Assembly (NCBI GenBank): GCA_900088475.1
Contig: FLMG01002522.1
Location: 99,654 to 163,653, forward strand
From: Hyphochytrium catenoides
Lineage: Eukaryota > Protista > Hyphochytriomycota
Direction: 5' to 3'
DNA: 64,000 nucleotides
Part shown: piece after piece, positions 39,380 to 51,641 of the stretch
How the letters are laid out: the number at the start of each line of letters is the position of its first letter
Numbering within the stretch: position 1 is the stretch's first letter
The notes under the pieces: generated by a model
Told to the model about the DNA's origin: nothing
The model's database searches: none
What the model saw: the letters and a program-made list of their open reading frames with translations, nothing else
Program-made: the position numbers and the translations under genes

Positions 39380-39853
39380 AGTTGGCGACAAAAGTCCCCG
39401 TTACGTTTAGCTTACAGTCGATTGGCAGTGCCAATATCTGCACAGAGTACTATGCTTCTATGTCTCATAAAAATCTGATCTTCCCTTAAGGAGTCCATTC
39501 TACCGTCCCCGACGACACGATTCATATGCTTTCACAGATGAGGCTCTTTGTGCATAGCCGCCCTACCGGATGCTCGTTTATAGGCTCTCTTTCCTTGTTC
39601 TCAGCTCCCTTGCTGCATGAAGGGCGGAAGCGGCAGGGGCTCATGGGCAAACATAGACGATCGACACACCTTCTATAGGGCGAATGACGGCTATGTATAT
39701 AGGCCACACAGATATAAAGGTTCCGTTTCTGGTTCTCTCTATGTTTGCTTCCTGCAGCAGTGCTCGTCACAAGCATGTCGTTTTGTCTCTTTCAACGTAA
39801 GTGGGACCATAAGGACATGAGGTCTCTCTCTCTCCTCCCTAGGTGGCATGTCA

Positions 39854-42800
39854 CTATTTGTACACAGCGCTGATGTTCTTGTCTGCCGCGATGATGGCTG
39901 TCAGTTCCTTGAAAGTGACCAAGAATTCGCAGCAGATTTCGTCCGAGCTATGCTCTCCGTCCATTCGAGACTTGATGGCGGACAGCCTCTGACGTTGATT
40001 GACAAAGTTCTGGACAACTGACGACGTAAAGAAGAGCGAGATCTTAAACTTTGGCCTCGTGCAGCCTAAGACAAGAGTTTGCGCACGCAGACCGCTCCGA
40101 AAGAGATGAGATGGACGAAAATGAAGGATAAGAAGGAACAATGTACCTAATAAAGGAAAGGTATGAGGAAAATCGGCAACATCTATGGGATCCAGTCAGA
40201 AAACAGAATGAGATAACTTAGCCGTACCGGAAGTCTCCGGGCTGGCGCTTCCAGCAAGCGGGGCAAAAGGAGCAAAATGATCTTGTTTTCTATCAAAATT
40301 GGTCACGATCGCGTCGTTCTTTCTGTCTGTAGATCAGTTGAGCACGTGGCCCAGTGGGCTACGTCAGAAGGCGAATGAAAGAAACTCATTGGTGTAGTAA
40401 GTGAACCTCCCGGAGCTATCGCTACAATGGAAGGGAGAAATGCTCTACCAAGGACCTAATTGCAGAATGTGCTAGTCATCAACGTAGCAAAGGTCCTAGA
40501 GGTTGGCAGAAGCGACATGGGCGCCAAACCCAGTAGGAGCCAGGAAAGGATCGACCACAGAACTATACTCGGCGAACCTGATTTGACTGAGCTTAAGCCA
40601 AATCGTAGATACTTCATTGCAGGGGCTTAGAGATAGCCTTACCTGGGTGGTAGATTGGATAGAGGTGTATCCTCCTGATGATCTCGTAGACCAATCCAAA
40701 AGTGATGAATCTTCTAATGTCAATATCAGATAGATTGCTGTTGTACACTGTGCAAAACTCCTTCATGCTAATATCTTAAGTAGGGAAAGGCGGGTTAGAT
40801 CGGAGGCCAGTCACGTCATTTCTTAGAGAATAGACAGAAAACAGAGAACAACTGCCGCACAACTCGATTTTTACGGACAGAGCCTGAAGACAGGTAGAAG
40901 ATTTATTCCAAGTGAGGCAGGTGTTCAAGTAAATAAGAAGTGACAGATAGCAAGGAGTCACGTTAGGAGTATCTTACTGGGCTGCAGGGAGCAGTAAAGA
41001 GCAAAAATTTTCCTGAATGTCGGCTTCTCAACGTTCCCTTTGGAAACGTACTTGATACAGGCTTCCTAAAAGGGAAGCATTAGAGACGCTCTGAACCTAA
41101 GCGAGAAGAGCTAAAAAGCGATAGAGCTCACAGCATTCACTCGAAAAGCAACTTGTCCAGCCCTTAGTGATCAAAACAAGCCAGAGTGCAAGAGATTGGA
41201 AGACTTAAGGGACAGAGAGAGGCGGCAAGGGGTGATGAGAGCGGGAGAGCGGTTAGAAGGACTAGTACAGTCTAACCCTGAGCTCTAATGTTTTTGAGAG
41301 CTTGGTGATGGCTGGGGTGACGGTGTAGGTGTTTGAGTACTGGAAGACATCGACCATCTTAATGCAGCCGTAGTACAGCAACTGGCGAAGGCACATCCTG
41401 ACTGTATAGAATAATGGAACCAGAAGAGATGGAGGGGACTCCAGATTATGAGTGAGCCAGAGAGAGACGTCAAAAAGGATAAGCAAAAAATTGGAGCCAA
41501 TGCAAAGAAGCTACCGAGGTACCCCGACCGGGTACAGCGGATCATCAGCAGAATGGCGACAGGACAAAAGCCAACAAGAATCGGGGCTCCTGATGCTGAC
41601 CTAGTCCCACTTCCATATCAGCCTCGATGGCTATACGCTTAGTGTGCCGAATGCCGTCGATAAACGGTATAATTCTGAGAATCGTGAGGTCCCAAGAATC
41701 TGTTAACCGAAGGGTTGTTTGAGAGACAAGAGAAGGGTAGGAGTTTGTTGATGGCGGCGGCGCTTATCAGAGACATCGCAAAATTTCACGTGGCAGTGTC
41801 ATGATAACTGAATGGAGAGACGGCTCACCCTGCTGTCTGACCATGGTGTCAAGATCTGCGATTCGAACGGGCACCTCGTGCTCTGCCACCTAAAGGCATA
41901 CCGCACCGTGCAAATGAACGGAGTGCGAGCGGAGAGGTGAAAGACAATGAGAACTAGGGGAAGTCATTTGGGGCAGAGATGGGTACACTAAGCACTATGT
42001 TCGTGCGTAAGCAAAGAGACCACTGGACAGGATGGATAGCTTACAGCAAGGAGTGAAGATGAGAGAATATTGATGAGCGATGCAATTGGGAAGAAACACC
42101 ACCAAGAATAACGAGAGATGGCTTTGCAGAAACGCACCAAGGGAGGGGATGGCAGGTTAGGGAATAGCTTCAAGTTTATGACATTTAATGCATCAATCGG
42201 GATAATAGCCTCCCCTGTCGCTAGCAAGCTGTCCAGAATTCGAGAGAGAGTAGTGGAGAGCGTCCTCTAGCATCAAATGAGACGAAGAGGGAAGGCAGGT
42301 TGGTTAGACTAAGGGTGCCACTTTGCGACTCGTGAAGGTTTGAATATAAAAAGGCCCTGAACACTGAGCAAGCCATAGCATGTGTTTACCTTCGTCTCTT
42401 CCTTGGAAAGGAAGCTCCTTTCCCTTTCAAGGGTCTCCAGCATCCTTCCAAGCTTATTATGGCGACACGACCACAAGCAAAGAGGCACTTGTAAGTGCAC
42501 TCAAACATTCCAAGCATCAGAGATGCACATGATGTACCTTTCTGAGCACTGGTTGATACGGAGCCAGGTTGTCTGTGACGGCGAAGACAAAGCCTAGCCA
42601 CAGTTGCTTTATTAGTGCGGAGATAAAGTCAATGTGAAGGAAAGCCAAGCGAAGAAGAGCCTGATTCACAGGACTCACAACATAAGCTGAGGAGATGAAA
42701 GAAAGAGTACAATTAGGCAAAGGGACCGAGGCTGACGGTAAGGGAACCCTTCTTTGACTCACCAACAGTGAAGTAGAAAGAGTTCCGATGGTACTTGTCA

Positions 42801-43416
42801 TCCTCTATGCAAAGCGGATAGCTCATAATCTTGATCTCTTGCCGAGTGACAGTGACTGTCGCAAGACTCTCCACTTAGCAATGCGGTTTAGGCTGTGTTG
42901 GAGACACCTACCAGTGAGGATTTTGGCACAAAGCTGTGGCTCGACGATGACGTAGTCTGAGACGCTGTCAAAGATCTCATTGTTCAAAAACCTGCGGTAA
43001 GATAGACCGTTAACTAAGATTATTTATGTCACGGCAAAGGGTGGTGGGTCAAGGCGGAAAGAGGACAGACCCATTCAAACTATAGTAGGGGGAGACATCC
43101 TACTCTTATTGCGCCAGAGAGGTAGAAGAGAAGAGAAGTCTTAAGGAATAAGAGAGCAGACAGCGTTAAAGCAGAGAGAGAGAACGAAAAAAGAAACAGA
43201 GAGGGCGAGAGGACATCAAAGAGACGAGGATGGCTGGGATCGAGAAAAATATCACTGATCAAAGAAACGCAGGGAAGTCGATACTAGAGCAATAGATTAA
43301 CGTCAATAATGGCCACGCCTCCCGGCCATCGTCGTGGCTTACCCTTCAGGAGCTTGGTATCGAATGACAGGGCCTGCGACGTTGTCAAACTCACTATAGA
43401 AGATGGCCTTGACCAT
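39854..43416 (-). CDS. NPRL2: GATOR1 subunit NPRL2 (nitrogen permease regulator 2-like), many short exons
   Basis: Spliced translation: MVKAIFYSEFDNVAGPVIRYQAPEG, FDSVSDYVIVEPQLC, SYPLCIEDDKYHRNSFYF, IPIDALNVINLKLFP, WDLTILRIIPFIDGIRH, LRQLLYYGCIKMVDVFQYSNTY, DIRRFITFGL..IIRRIHLYP and DGEHSSDEICC..AVYK*. These match NPRL2 from N- to C-terminus. Confidence 0.92.
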
Positions 43417-44292
43417 TCTCACCTTCTTCTGCCAGACCTAGGTTCTCTACGGCTAGTGTTGCACAGGCTCTAAGAAAGCATGATCCGCTATACTCATGAA
43501 GAGGTACCTGGTTACTCTATCTACCAACACCACTAGTACAACGTCTGGCTGTCTCAGCTTTAGCAGCGCCTCATCATCTTTGTCAACCCAGCCAAATGCG
43601 AAGCTTCAGATTCCCGCGCAGCTTTCTGATTGACTTCTGAAGCTTGTTGGAAGGTTGACTTCAATGTACAGTAGTCCACACCATGTTCCTTGAGTTATTG
43701 TAGATTGATAATCTTTCTCATTTTGAACTCCCCTAGAGTCCAGGCGGAAAAACGGACAACAATCTGACCAACTTCCTAATGACCTCCTGGGAAATATTTG
43801 CCAGAGACGGCTGGACGTTTGAGCAAAGGGAGGAATGAATGTATTACACCTCAGACGGATACCTTTAGCTGATTGAGTGAGAGTGAAGCTGGTGGAAGAG
43901 TTCTTGGAAGCCGTCTTGCGAGCTCTCGGCGTCTCCATTGCACAACTAGGGACCGTCATTGAGACATTGAGACACGCTGGGATGGGACGCTGGAGCCAAG
44001 ACTAGATCTTATCTCTATCTCGCTGTAGATCAACCTGAGCTTCTCCCTGAGCTTCTGGATTCTTGACGAGAGCAGGCCTCGATCATCGTCATTCATCCGT
44101 CTGTTTGCCGTCAGGTTTGCAAGTTCGAGGCTGCAAGCGTTCGGGTAACTTAGGACCTTGCCTATATTCAAAGCAGTAAATAGCGAAAGGGTTTAGAGAG
44201 GATCAGTCCACTGTGCGTGGACGATGATACGACCGGCCTCCAAACTTCAGGTCGGGTTAGCGCACGCTGAGGTAGCGCTTGAGGGTAACGAG

Positions 44293-45909
44293 ATGAACCA
44301 ATCTCAAGAAGCATCGTCAATGGAGGAGCTAGATCCGAGTGTAGGTAAGCTATGTCACCCCTATGGATGGCCTTGCACCTCCAATACCTGCTGACGACAG
44401 CTGCAGTTGATGGCTATCGTGTCATCTATGATAGAGAAGTACCTGTGGAGTGTAGAGCGGAGGTAAGTGTTCAAGTACATTCACACAATGTTTGTGCTGC
44501 TAGTCACCCAAGATAATGCAGGAGTTGTCCGAAGCGGTTGGGTCGACGAGTTCCTATCGCTTCAAGATTCTTCTAGCGGTAAGGATGAAAGGACAATAAG
44601 GATGAAAGGACAATAAGGGTGAAAGGACAGACGGGTGACTATAACGCCCACTTGAACTGTCAGAGGGCTCATCCAGCTTTGACCATCGTCTATGTCTGTT
44701 TATCATGTCTTCAAGGTTTGCTTTCTTTCCACCTTTCCTTTCGATGAAGCCACTAGGCTGTCCCGTCACTCTCTTGGGCTTTCGTGAAGTCTTCCCGTCA
44801 CCTCATGGTGCCGCGACCTCTACACTAACCCTCAACATCTAGAATATGCCACTCACATTGCTCTTCATCTCTTTGCCTTCATCCGCCACGTCAAAATAGG
44901 GAGATGACAACTATATTGAGGGAATGAAGATAGAGATCAGCAGTGAGGAAGATCTCTTCTTCCACGTTGTGATGGTCCTGGACAGCTCCAGCTTTCAGGA
45001 GCTCACTGAGGCGCAGAAGCTCAATGTCGAGTTTATCGAGTTTCCGAATGTCATCATTCACATGCTCAACAACTGTATCAAAGACCCACAAAAGTTCGTC
45101 AATAACATTCGCCTCTCTCTCTGCGCTTCTTTCTCTTTTACACGCTCTACCTACCTCCTGTTCCCTAAACTTAGATCATCTATCTGTTCTTGGTCGAGCC
45201 ACAAGGCTGAGAACGGCAATTATCTAGGGCTCGGCTGTGTTATGACGCTGGACAGCCATCTAAATTGAGTTCATAGTTTTCTTATCCTGTTTCTTCTGTC
45301 AGTTATCTAGCAGGTTTAGTCAAGGTTACCTCGGAGACTCATCGTTTGGAGCTAATCCAGGTGCTCGCCTTTATAACATCATCCTGTCAGCTGCCTTGTG
45401 ACTCATGGTCCCTGCGCACTCCTCTTCGCGTTTCATTGTGTCCTACTCCCCTTGACTATGGCGTAGAACATGGGGATCAAGTTTGTGGAGCTGCTGTCCT
45501 TGACCTTTGTACACTCGGCAGATGAGGTTGTACGGCAACAGGTTACTTACAGATATAATGCCCTCAAAGCGCGAGTGTCAATCATGCAGGCCAGACTTCA
45601 GGTATCTCTCTCTATTGATGATACCTTTCGCCCAGTGCCGTCTGCCTTCCGCACCTTTAGACATCGTTGTCTCATTCATCACCATCCTTGCATCTCGGCG
45701 GACAGGACATTAACAGTCTAGTCAAAGTGCGGAATCCTTCTCTTCTTCTTCAGGTAAGAACGCATCGGTAGGTCCGCCATGGCAAACAGTCGTGATGCTG
45801 ACATCTTATTTCTGCCCTCTCTCACATATCTATTGGTAAGTAGCTAGGAAAACCAAGTACCCCTCAAACCTCTCGGGCCAAGAGCAGAATTCTTGACCAC
45901 TCATTCTAG
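44293..45909 (+). CDS. SAS6L: SAS6-like protein (SAS-6 head domain with short tail)
   Basis: DPSVVDGYRVIYDREVPVE, KIEISSEEDLFFH, FQELTEAQKLNVEFIEFPNVIIHMLNNCIKDP, LIQNMGIKFVELLSLTF and VVRQQVTYRYNALKARVSIMQARLQDINSLVKVRNPSLLLQ. It ends after about 210 aa without the long coiled coil of canonical SAS-6. Confidence 0.88.
44580..44629. repeat. 17-bp tandem repeat (TAAGGATGAAAGGACAA) x3 starting at a SAS6L splice donor
   Basis: Seen directly; the first unit overlaps the GTAAGG donor at 44579. Confidence 0.9.
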
Positions 45910-45960
45910 CTCGATGCCAGCACCTGTTGATGACAGTATATATTAGTTGGAGCTTTGCGG

Positions 45961-48900
45961 TCAGGCGCACCCGTCGTCGCATAAAGCTTCGCTTTCGCAC
46001 TGCTTGGCACCTCTATCGTGCTCTTCTTCTTGTTCACTTTGTATGGAATATATTTCTTCGTCCTCCTCACACTGTGATGCCTTCTGGTCTTTTTCTGATG
46101 GATCTTTCCGCTGCGTCCTTTCCCCTCCATTTCGTCTCATGGAAGGAATAGTGAAGGAGTCCTCAATGCCCTTAGTAAGTTTCCTCTCTTCATCTGCAAA
46201 AGTCTCCTAGATTCATCGGTGTTATGAGATTACTGTTGACCTCTAACAAAGAGGGAGAATAGAAACTTACCTGAATAAATCTAGAGAAGATAGTCTGAAG
46301 GCTGCTGATCCGTCGCTCGTGGAGGGCGCGGAGGTACTGATTCACCTTTCGCAACTCCCTAACCTCCAAATCCAGTTCCGAGACCCTGATTGAAAGAGGT
46401 TGTTATCATTCGCAATTGGTTGCGTGGAGCATTCGGTGGACTTTGAGTTGTTTCCACCTTTAAAGCAGGATATCGGCTCATCCTTACCTCTCATTTTGTT
46501 GCTCCAGTTGCTGGACTAACAACCGCTGTTCTGTCTCATGCTCTGAAGAAAGTCGATCAACGTGTGCTTGTTGCAGGCGGAGCATTTCCTGCATCGCTGC
46601 CTCCTGCTTAGAAAGTTGTTCGGCGAGTCGCGTAATCTTCCTTTCGGCTGCTTCGAGGTCCGCCTTTTGCAAGCTTAGTTTCGCCTCAACCTCATATCGA
46701 GAGCTCACTGCTTGGGCAGCCTGCTGTTGATAAGTGGCAAGCTGCTTCTGGTGCTCTCTTTGCGAATTGACGAGCAGTTCTTGAAGTTGCGCGTATCGTG
46801 CAGTCTGTTCATCGCACCTCTGCTGCAGCTCGTTCCTACAATTTATAAGAGTTTTAGAAAAAACTTTAGGTTTGTTTTCCCACAAGACTTGCCGTCAATA
46901 CGGAAGGGATCTTACCTTGCAACTCTCAGCTGCTCTAAGTTCGTGTCCATGTCCTGCTGAAGCTTCAGTAATCTCTCTTCGGACTCAACATGCTTTGTCA
47001 GCTGCATTTCCTCTCTTTCCTGTAGGCAAATAGGGGGTAACTAAGTGCTTGAGACAGTGGTTCTGGTAGTCTATGAAGGTTAGGATCACTACCTTTTCGG
47101 CACTGACTCTCTGCGCTGACAGACGTTCACGCAGCTCACTGTTGTCACGCTTAGCTACTGCCAGTTGCTCATTAAGCACCTGTTTCTCGCATAGTAACTC
47201 CTCAATCCTCTCTTCCTCCTTTCTTAACTGACTCTGACTAGCAGCAAGAGCATTGTTGTGTCTTGCTTGAAGATCCTCCACCATACTTTTATTGCGGGCT
47301 TTCAGAACTGTCATCTCTCCTTTCAGCCGCTGCACCTCTGTGTGATACTCGAGCTGTAGCGCCCTGTGAAGAAGTTATTTGGAGGTGGGAAGAAGGGCCA
47401 AAGGGATTACTGACGCAGCAGGAAACTCGGCCGAGAAACAAATATACATGATCTTTGAGGACAGTCCGAGAAGTATCTATACAAGCGGACAGGAAAGGAA
47501 GCTCCTTACTCGACTGCCTTCTGGCGATAGGACATCTCGTCTGCCATCTGAGTCCTCTCAATCACCATAGACGATATTTGTCTCTCTTTCTCTAAGACGA
47601 CGCTCTGAAGGTGATTCGCTTCATCTTGTTTCTCCTGCCGCAAGTGGTAGAGCTGCCGCTCCAGCTTAGCTAATTCTTCTCTTGTCTGCTGCCGATGAGA
47701 TTCAAACTCAGCAGCTTTCCGCTTTGCCAAAAGCTGAGTCAGTAATCTTAGATGAGGGAGTTTTGTCTCCTTTGTCGCACCTCATGAAGTTCGGTCCTAT
47801 GATTGAGAGCTTCCTCCAAAAGCCTCACCCTGGCAAGAAGATCTTGCTTTTCAACCTCCAGAGACTTGACTTCGACATGGAGTTCCGGGACTCGTTTGGA
47901 GAGTTCAGCACAGAGTTCTGTCCGAGCCCGTAGTTCACTTTCGAGCTCAACCGCTCTAGATGACGCCTGCCTAAGTTCGTCATTGAGTGTGTCCTTTGCA
48001 GCGGTATGCTTCCTTTTCTCGTCCACCAGCTCACTCTGTAAAACTGCAAGCTTCTTCTGTGCTTCAAAGAGCTGTTGGGATTGCTGACCCTCCTCCTTTG
48101 CATCTACATGTTGCAGTCAGCCTTCGCCAGGTGCTATGGCAATGCAGGAGGGATCACGTTAGTAGCCTGCAGTACCTCGTTGAAGCTCTAGGTCGGTCCT
48201 TCCTGAAGCCTTGTTTCTTGATAAGTAGAGCTCTACTTGCTCCAGCTGGTCATTTCTCCCTTGATTACCCATTAAACCCAGAAAGGTTAAGGTGCTGTTT
48301 ATCTATAAACGGTATAGGGTGGGAGCAACACTACTCTTAGTTGGAGTAGGATTTGTATGATAAGGAAAAAAAACCCTAGTGACCTGAAGCATGTCGACAA
48401 ACGCCTCGACACCCTGATGTGTCAGCTCATTCCAGCTGAGATCTAGCTTCCGGAGTGTTGAGTTTGACCGCAAGGCGTCAGCTAATACAATTCCACCCTC
48501 GGTATTAATGGAATTGTTTCTGAGGTCGAGCTCAAGAAGAGTCTGACTGGCCTACGTTACATATTTGTTAGGGCCGAAGAGAGAATGCACAAAGGGGCCG
48601 AAGGGCTTGACCTACCCGTAGTGCTTCCGCCAATTCTACGATGGAGAAGTCAAACATGCCAATAGAGTTCCATTCAAGGCTAAGCTTTTCCACACAATCA
48701 ACTGATTTGATTAGACCTGTAATGCTTTGAACTCCTTCTCCTCTTACACCGTTTCCCCTGAAATTCAAGCAGTATGGGCCCCGACCTCGTCCGGAGGCCA
48801 CAGCAGCACCTAGTTGAGAGCATAAGGACTCTACTCGATCATCCCCAAGGAACTTGTCACTGAAGTCAAAGTCACTCCGATCAACATCGAATAGTTCATG

Positions 48901-49178
48901 AGGTGATTGTCCGGAAGAAGCCCCTGAGCCTAATGAGCGTCCAGAACTGTGCTTGGCTGGAAGGTCCCGCCTGCGGCGTCTTCTAGCAATACTAGCCGGA
49001 CTGTTCTTCACGGTATAACACACTAAGGGCTCCCTTTGGTCTCCTAATAAGAAGCCAAGTCAACCTAGATAGGCGCCATTCTTCACCCACCAAGCATGAT
49101 CGAACCATATCACACACCTTGACCTTGTGCTGTACCCAGAGACAGGCTCTTATCGGGGCTATCAAGCTTGAGAGACAT
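45961..49178 (-). CDS. LRRC45: LRRC45-like protein (ribonuclease-inhibitor-type LRRs plus long coiled coil; centriole-associated family)
   Basis: LNFRGNGVRGEG..LSLEWNSIGMFD..LELDLRNNSINTEGGIVLADALRSNSTLRKLDLSWNEL parallels the LRRC45 LRRs, followed by several coiled-coil exons. ATG 49178 joins in phase through a short intron; stop at 45961. Confidence 0.72.
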
Positions 49179-49891
49179 GGAGCTCAACCAGAAAAAACTC
49201 AAAGCAACAGAACTGCTATCTAGGACTCTGCCAGCGTCAGCTTCCCACTTGTCAGTCGGAGTCTGCAAAATCTTCTTCTTGCTGTGGAGCTGCGTGGGCG
49301 CTGATTACTTTCTTGAGCTCTTTCCCGTCTGCTGGCTGCTGGCTTTTCTCAATGACGAGCTGGCCGTGTCGTTTCGATTCATTCCCCGACACCACCCACG
49401 CCTGAGGATCAGAATCTAGCTATTACATTTGGGATGGGTATGTCAGGTTGTGATTGTTCACCCACTGAAATACCTTATACCTGTACAAGTTTTTTTAGAA
49501 AGGGTATCGTGTTCTTACGACTAAGGCGCTATTCCTACTGTAGCAATAATACGATCATGTCTTGAGAAAATTGCGCTTCTCAAACGAGAACCAGTTTGCG
49601 CAAACGAGAATCGTTTGGCGCTAATCTCGAAAAGCCGCGGAGACGTTTGGTTTCTCCAAAAAGTAAGTGCGGTGATCACGTGTACAGACCAATGTGTCTT
49701 CTCTAGAAGCGGAGGAGTAGTGTCGTCCCATATTTAACTTGGTATAACTAATAATAGAGCACCTTCAAGAGCACCTCCGCCATTGCCGACAATCTCATCA
49801 CTTCATAAACTCTTACCCATGTGTTGAGTCATTCTGTCAGCCGGCCGGCACATCGAGTCACCAGCTTCCATCGAGCACCATAACTCTCAAC

Positions 49892-51172
49892 ATGCACAGC
49901 CCGCGCCTCCAAGATTCAACTCAATACGGCGAGAGCATCTGGAGATGGAGAGAACGTAGGGCAGATCGGAGGACCTTGCCAATCCGTCATCAGCGCCCAA
50001 AAAACCATTTTAGGTCTTACTGGTGTGAGTCCACACGGCTATCGCCTCTAGGCAACCAGGGACCCGCGATGCAGCATCCCAGACTTTCAGGGCCATACCT
50101 TACCCTTCGATCGCCTGCAATTAAAAAGAGCCGCAGCTCAATCTCACATCGAGGATGGGCCAGAATGGTATTCTGGGCTCCAGAATGTGGGGCAAACTGG
50201 GTTGAGGTAGACGACGATGCGCCCCTAGTTGCTCCAAAAAACACAAAGGACATTGAACGACTGCTGAGCACGCCCCCGAAGGGACTGCGAACCAAAGAAT
50301 CTCGCTTGGAGGCTCCAGATCAAATCACACGCCCTCCAGAGTTAGCTGTGCTAGACTCAGAGGAGATGATTGATCAAACGTTTCTGACTAAAGTGCAGGA
50401 AATGACCTTGGAACTTATAAGACGAAGGTTCAAGCTTCAAAATGGTGTGTCCTGGTGCCTTTAATGCACTCCACTTCAAACACGATAGCAAGCCCACCTA
50501 GCAACCAGCTGCAACTAACCCATCCATTTTGTGTTTGTCAAATAGACGAAGTCCGCGATTGGTTCAAGGACATCCGATTCTTTCCTGAGGGTCAAGTGCA
50601 GGAGTCTGAAATCTACTCAGTGTTACTGCTGTTGGTTGAACATGCCTTTATTCAAGGGAGAGAATCCTGGACAACTGAGGACTGGTTCATCTACCTCAGC
50701 AAGCGTATCTCCTTCAGTCACAGCGCTCTTCTGGAGAAGGTGTCTTCCTCTTTGGCTTGCTCGGGTAGATAAACTTGTACTGTCATCGCTACAAGCTGAC
50801 TGACGCAAATTGATGTTCCTACTACAGATAAGCATGACTCTCGGGTCAAGGTCATTCAGCAACTATGCACAGCCTTGCTTTTTCATGCAGTCCTCTGTGC
50901 TCAAACTGCTACTACCCCCGAAGCGTTACCTGATGGTTACTTGGGTGCAAACCCCTCCGAGCGCGAGCTTCCGCGCTGGAGACGGTACCAAGCGATAGCG
51001 TTAGGTAAAAAGGAGGCATTGTTGACAAAGAGCTCAATCTCGAAATCTGATTCTTCCTGACCCCCTGTCTACAGCTTTAGTGCCGAGTGGAATTGGCCTC
51101 CTGGATCCTATTGTTCGGAAGGATCTCTTCTATCAACTTCAGAAAGACGAACAGGCCAGGAAGATGTTGTAA
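49892..51172 (+). CDS. Hypothetical protein, about 4 exons
   Basis: ORF pieces are joined by phase-consistent GT-AG introns (..RRRFKLQN-DEVRDWFKDIRFFP..SALLEK-..LDPIVRKDLFYQLQKDEQARKML*). The start could be 49892 or 50165. Confidence 0.55.
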
Positions 51173-51641
51173 CCGCCCACCTAGCTGCTAACGGCCTTTT
51201 CCTTTTGGCTCTATGTTACACCTGGAGCGAAGTGATCCCATCATAAGTGTTCTTGTAATGTAACCAGTAAAACTCCGAATTTCAGAAACTGCAATGCTTA
51301 ATGGAACTATGCTCTATCAACTACTAAATAGCGGATTCTCCGCGGGCAGTTTCGCGAGTGATTTACATTTTGTTTGTCTGCTTTTGCTAATTCTAGCTGT
51401 GCTTGTCTTTGGCCCACTCCAGTCCTTTGACAGGACGGCGATTGCGGAAAACTCTGCCACTAATCTGCATTGTGTTGAAGCTTTGTCTGGCGCCTTGTAG
51501 AGCTGAAAGCTTCTCGCATTGTCTTTACAGGAAGCATTTAATCTTCATTCCACAGCCGTAAGCGAGACCATCTGAGCACTTTTGGAAAGACTTTGGCAGA
51601 GCTTGGAGGGTTGGCTGACCGTCTTCCCATCCTGATAAACC

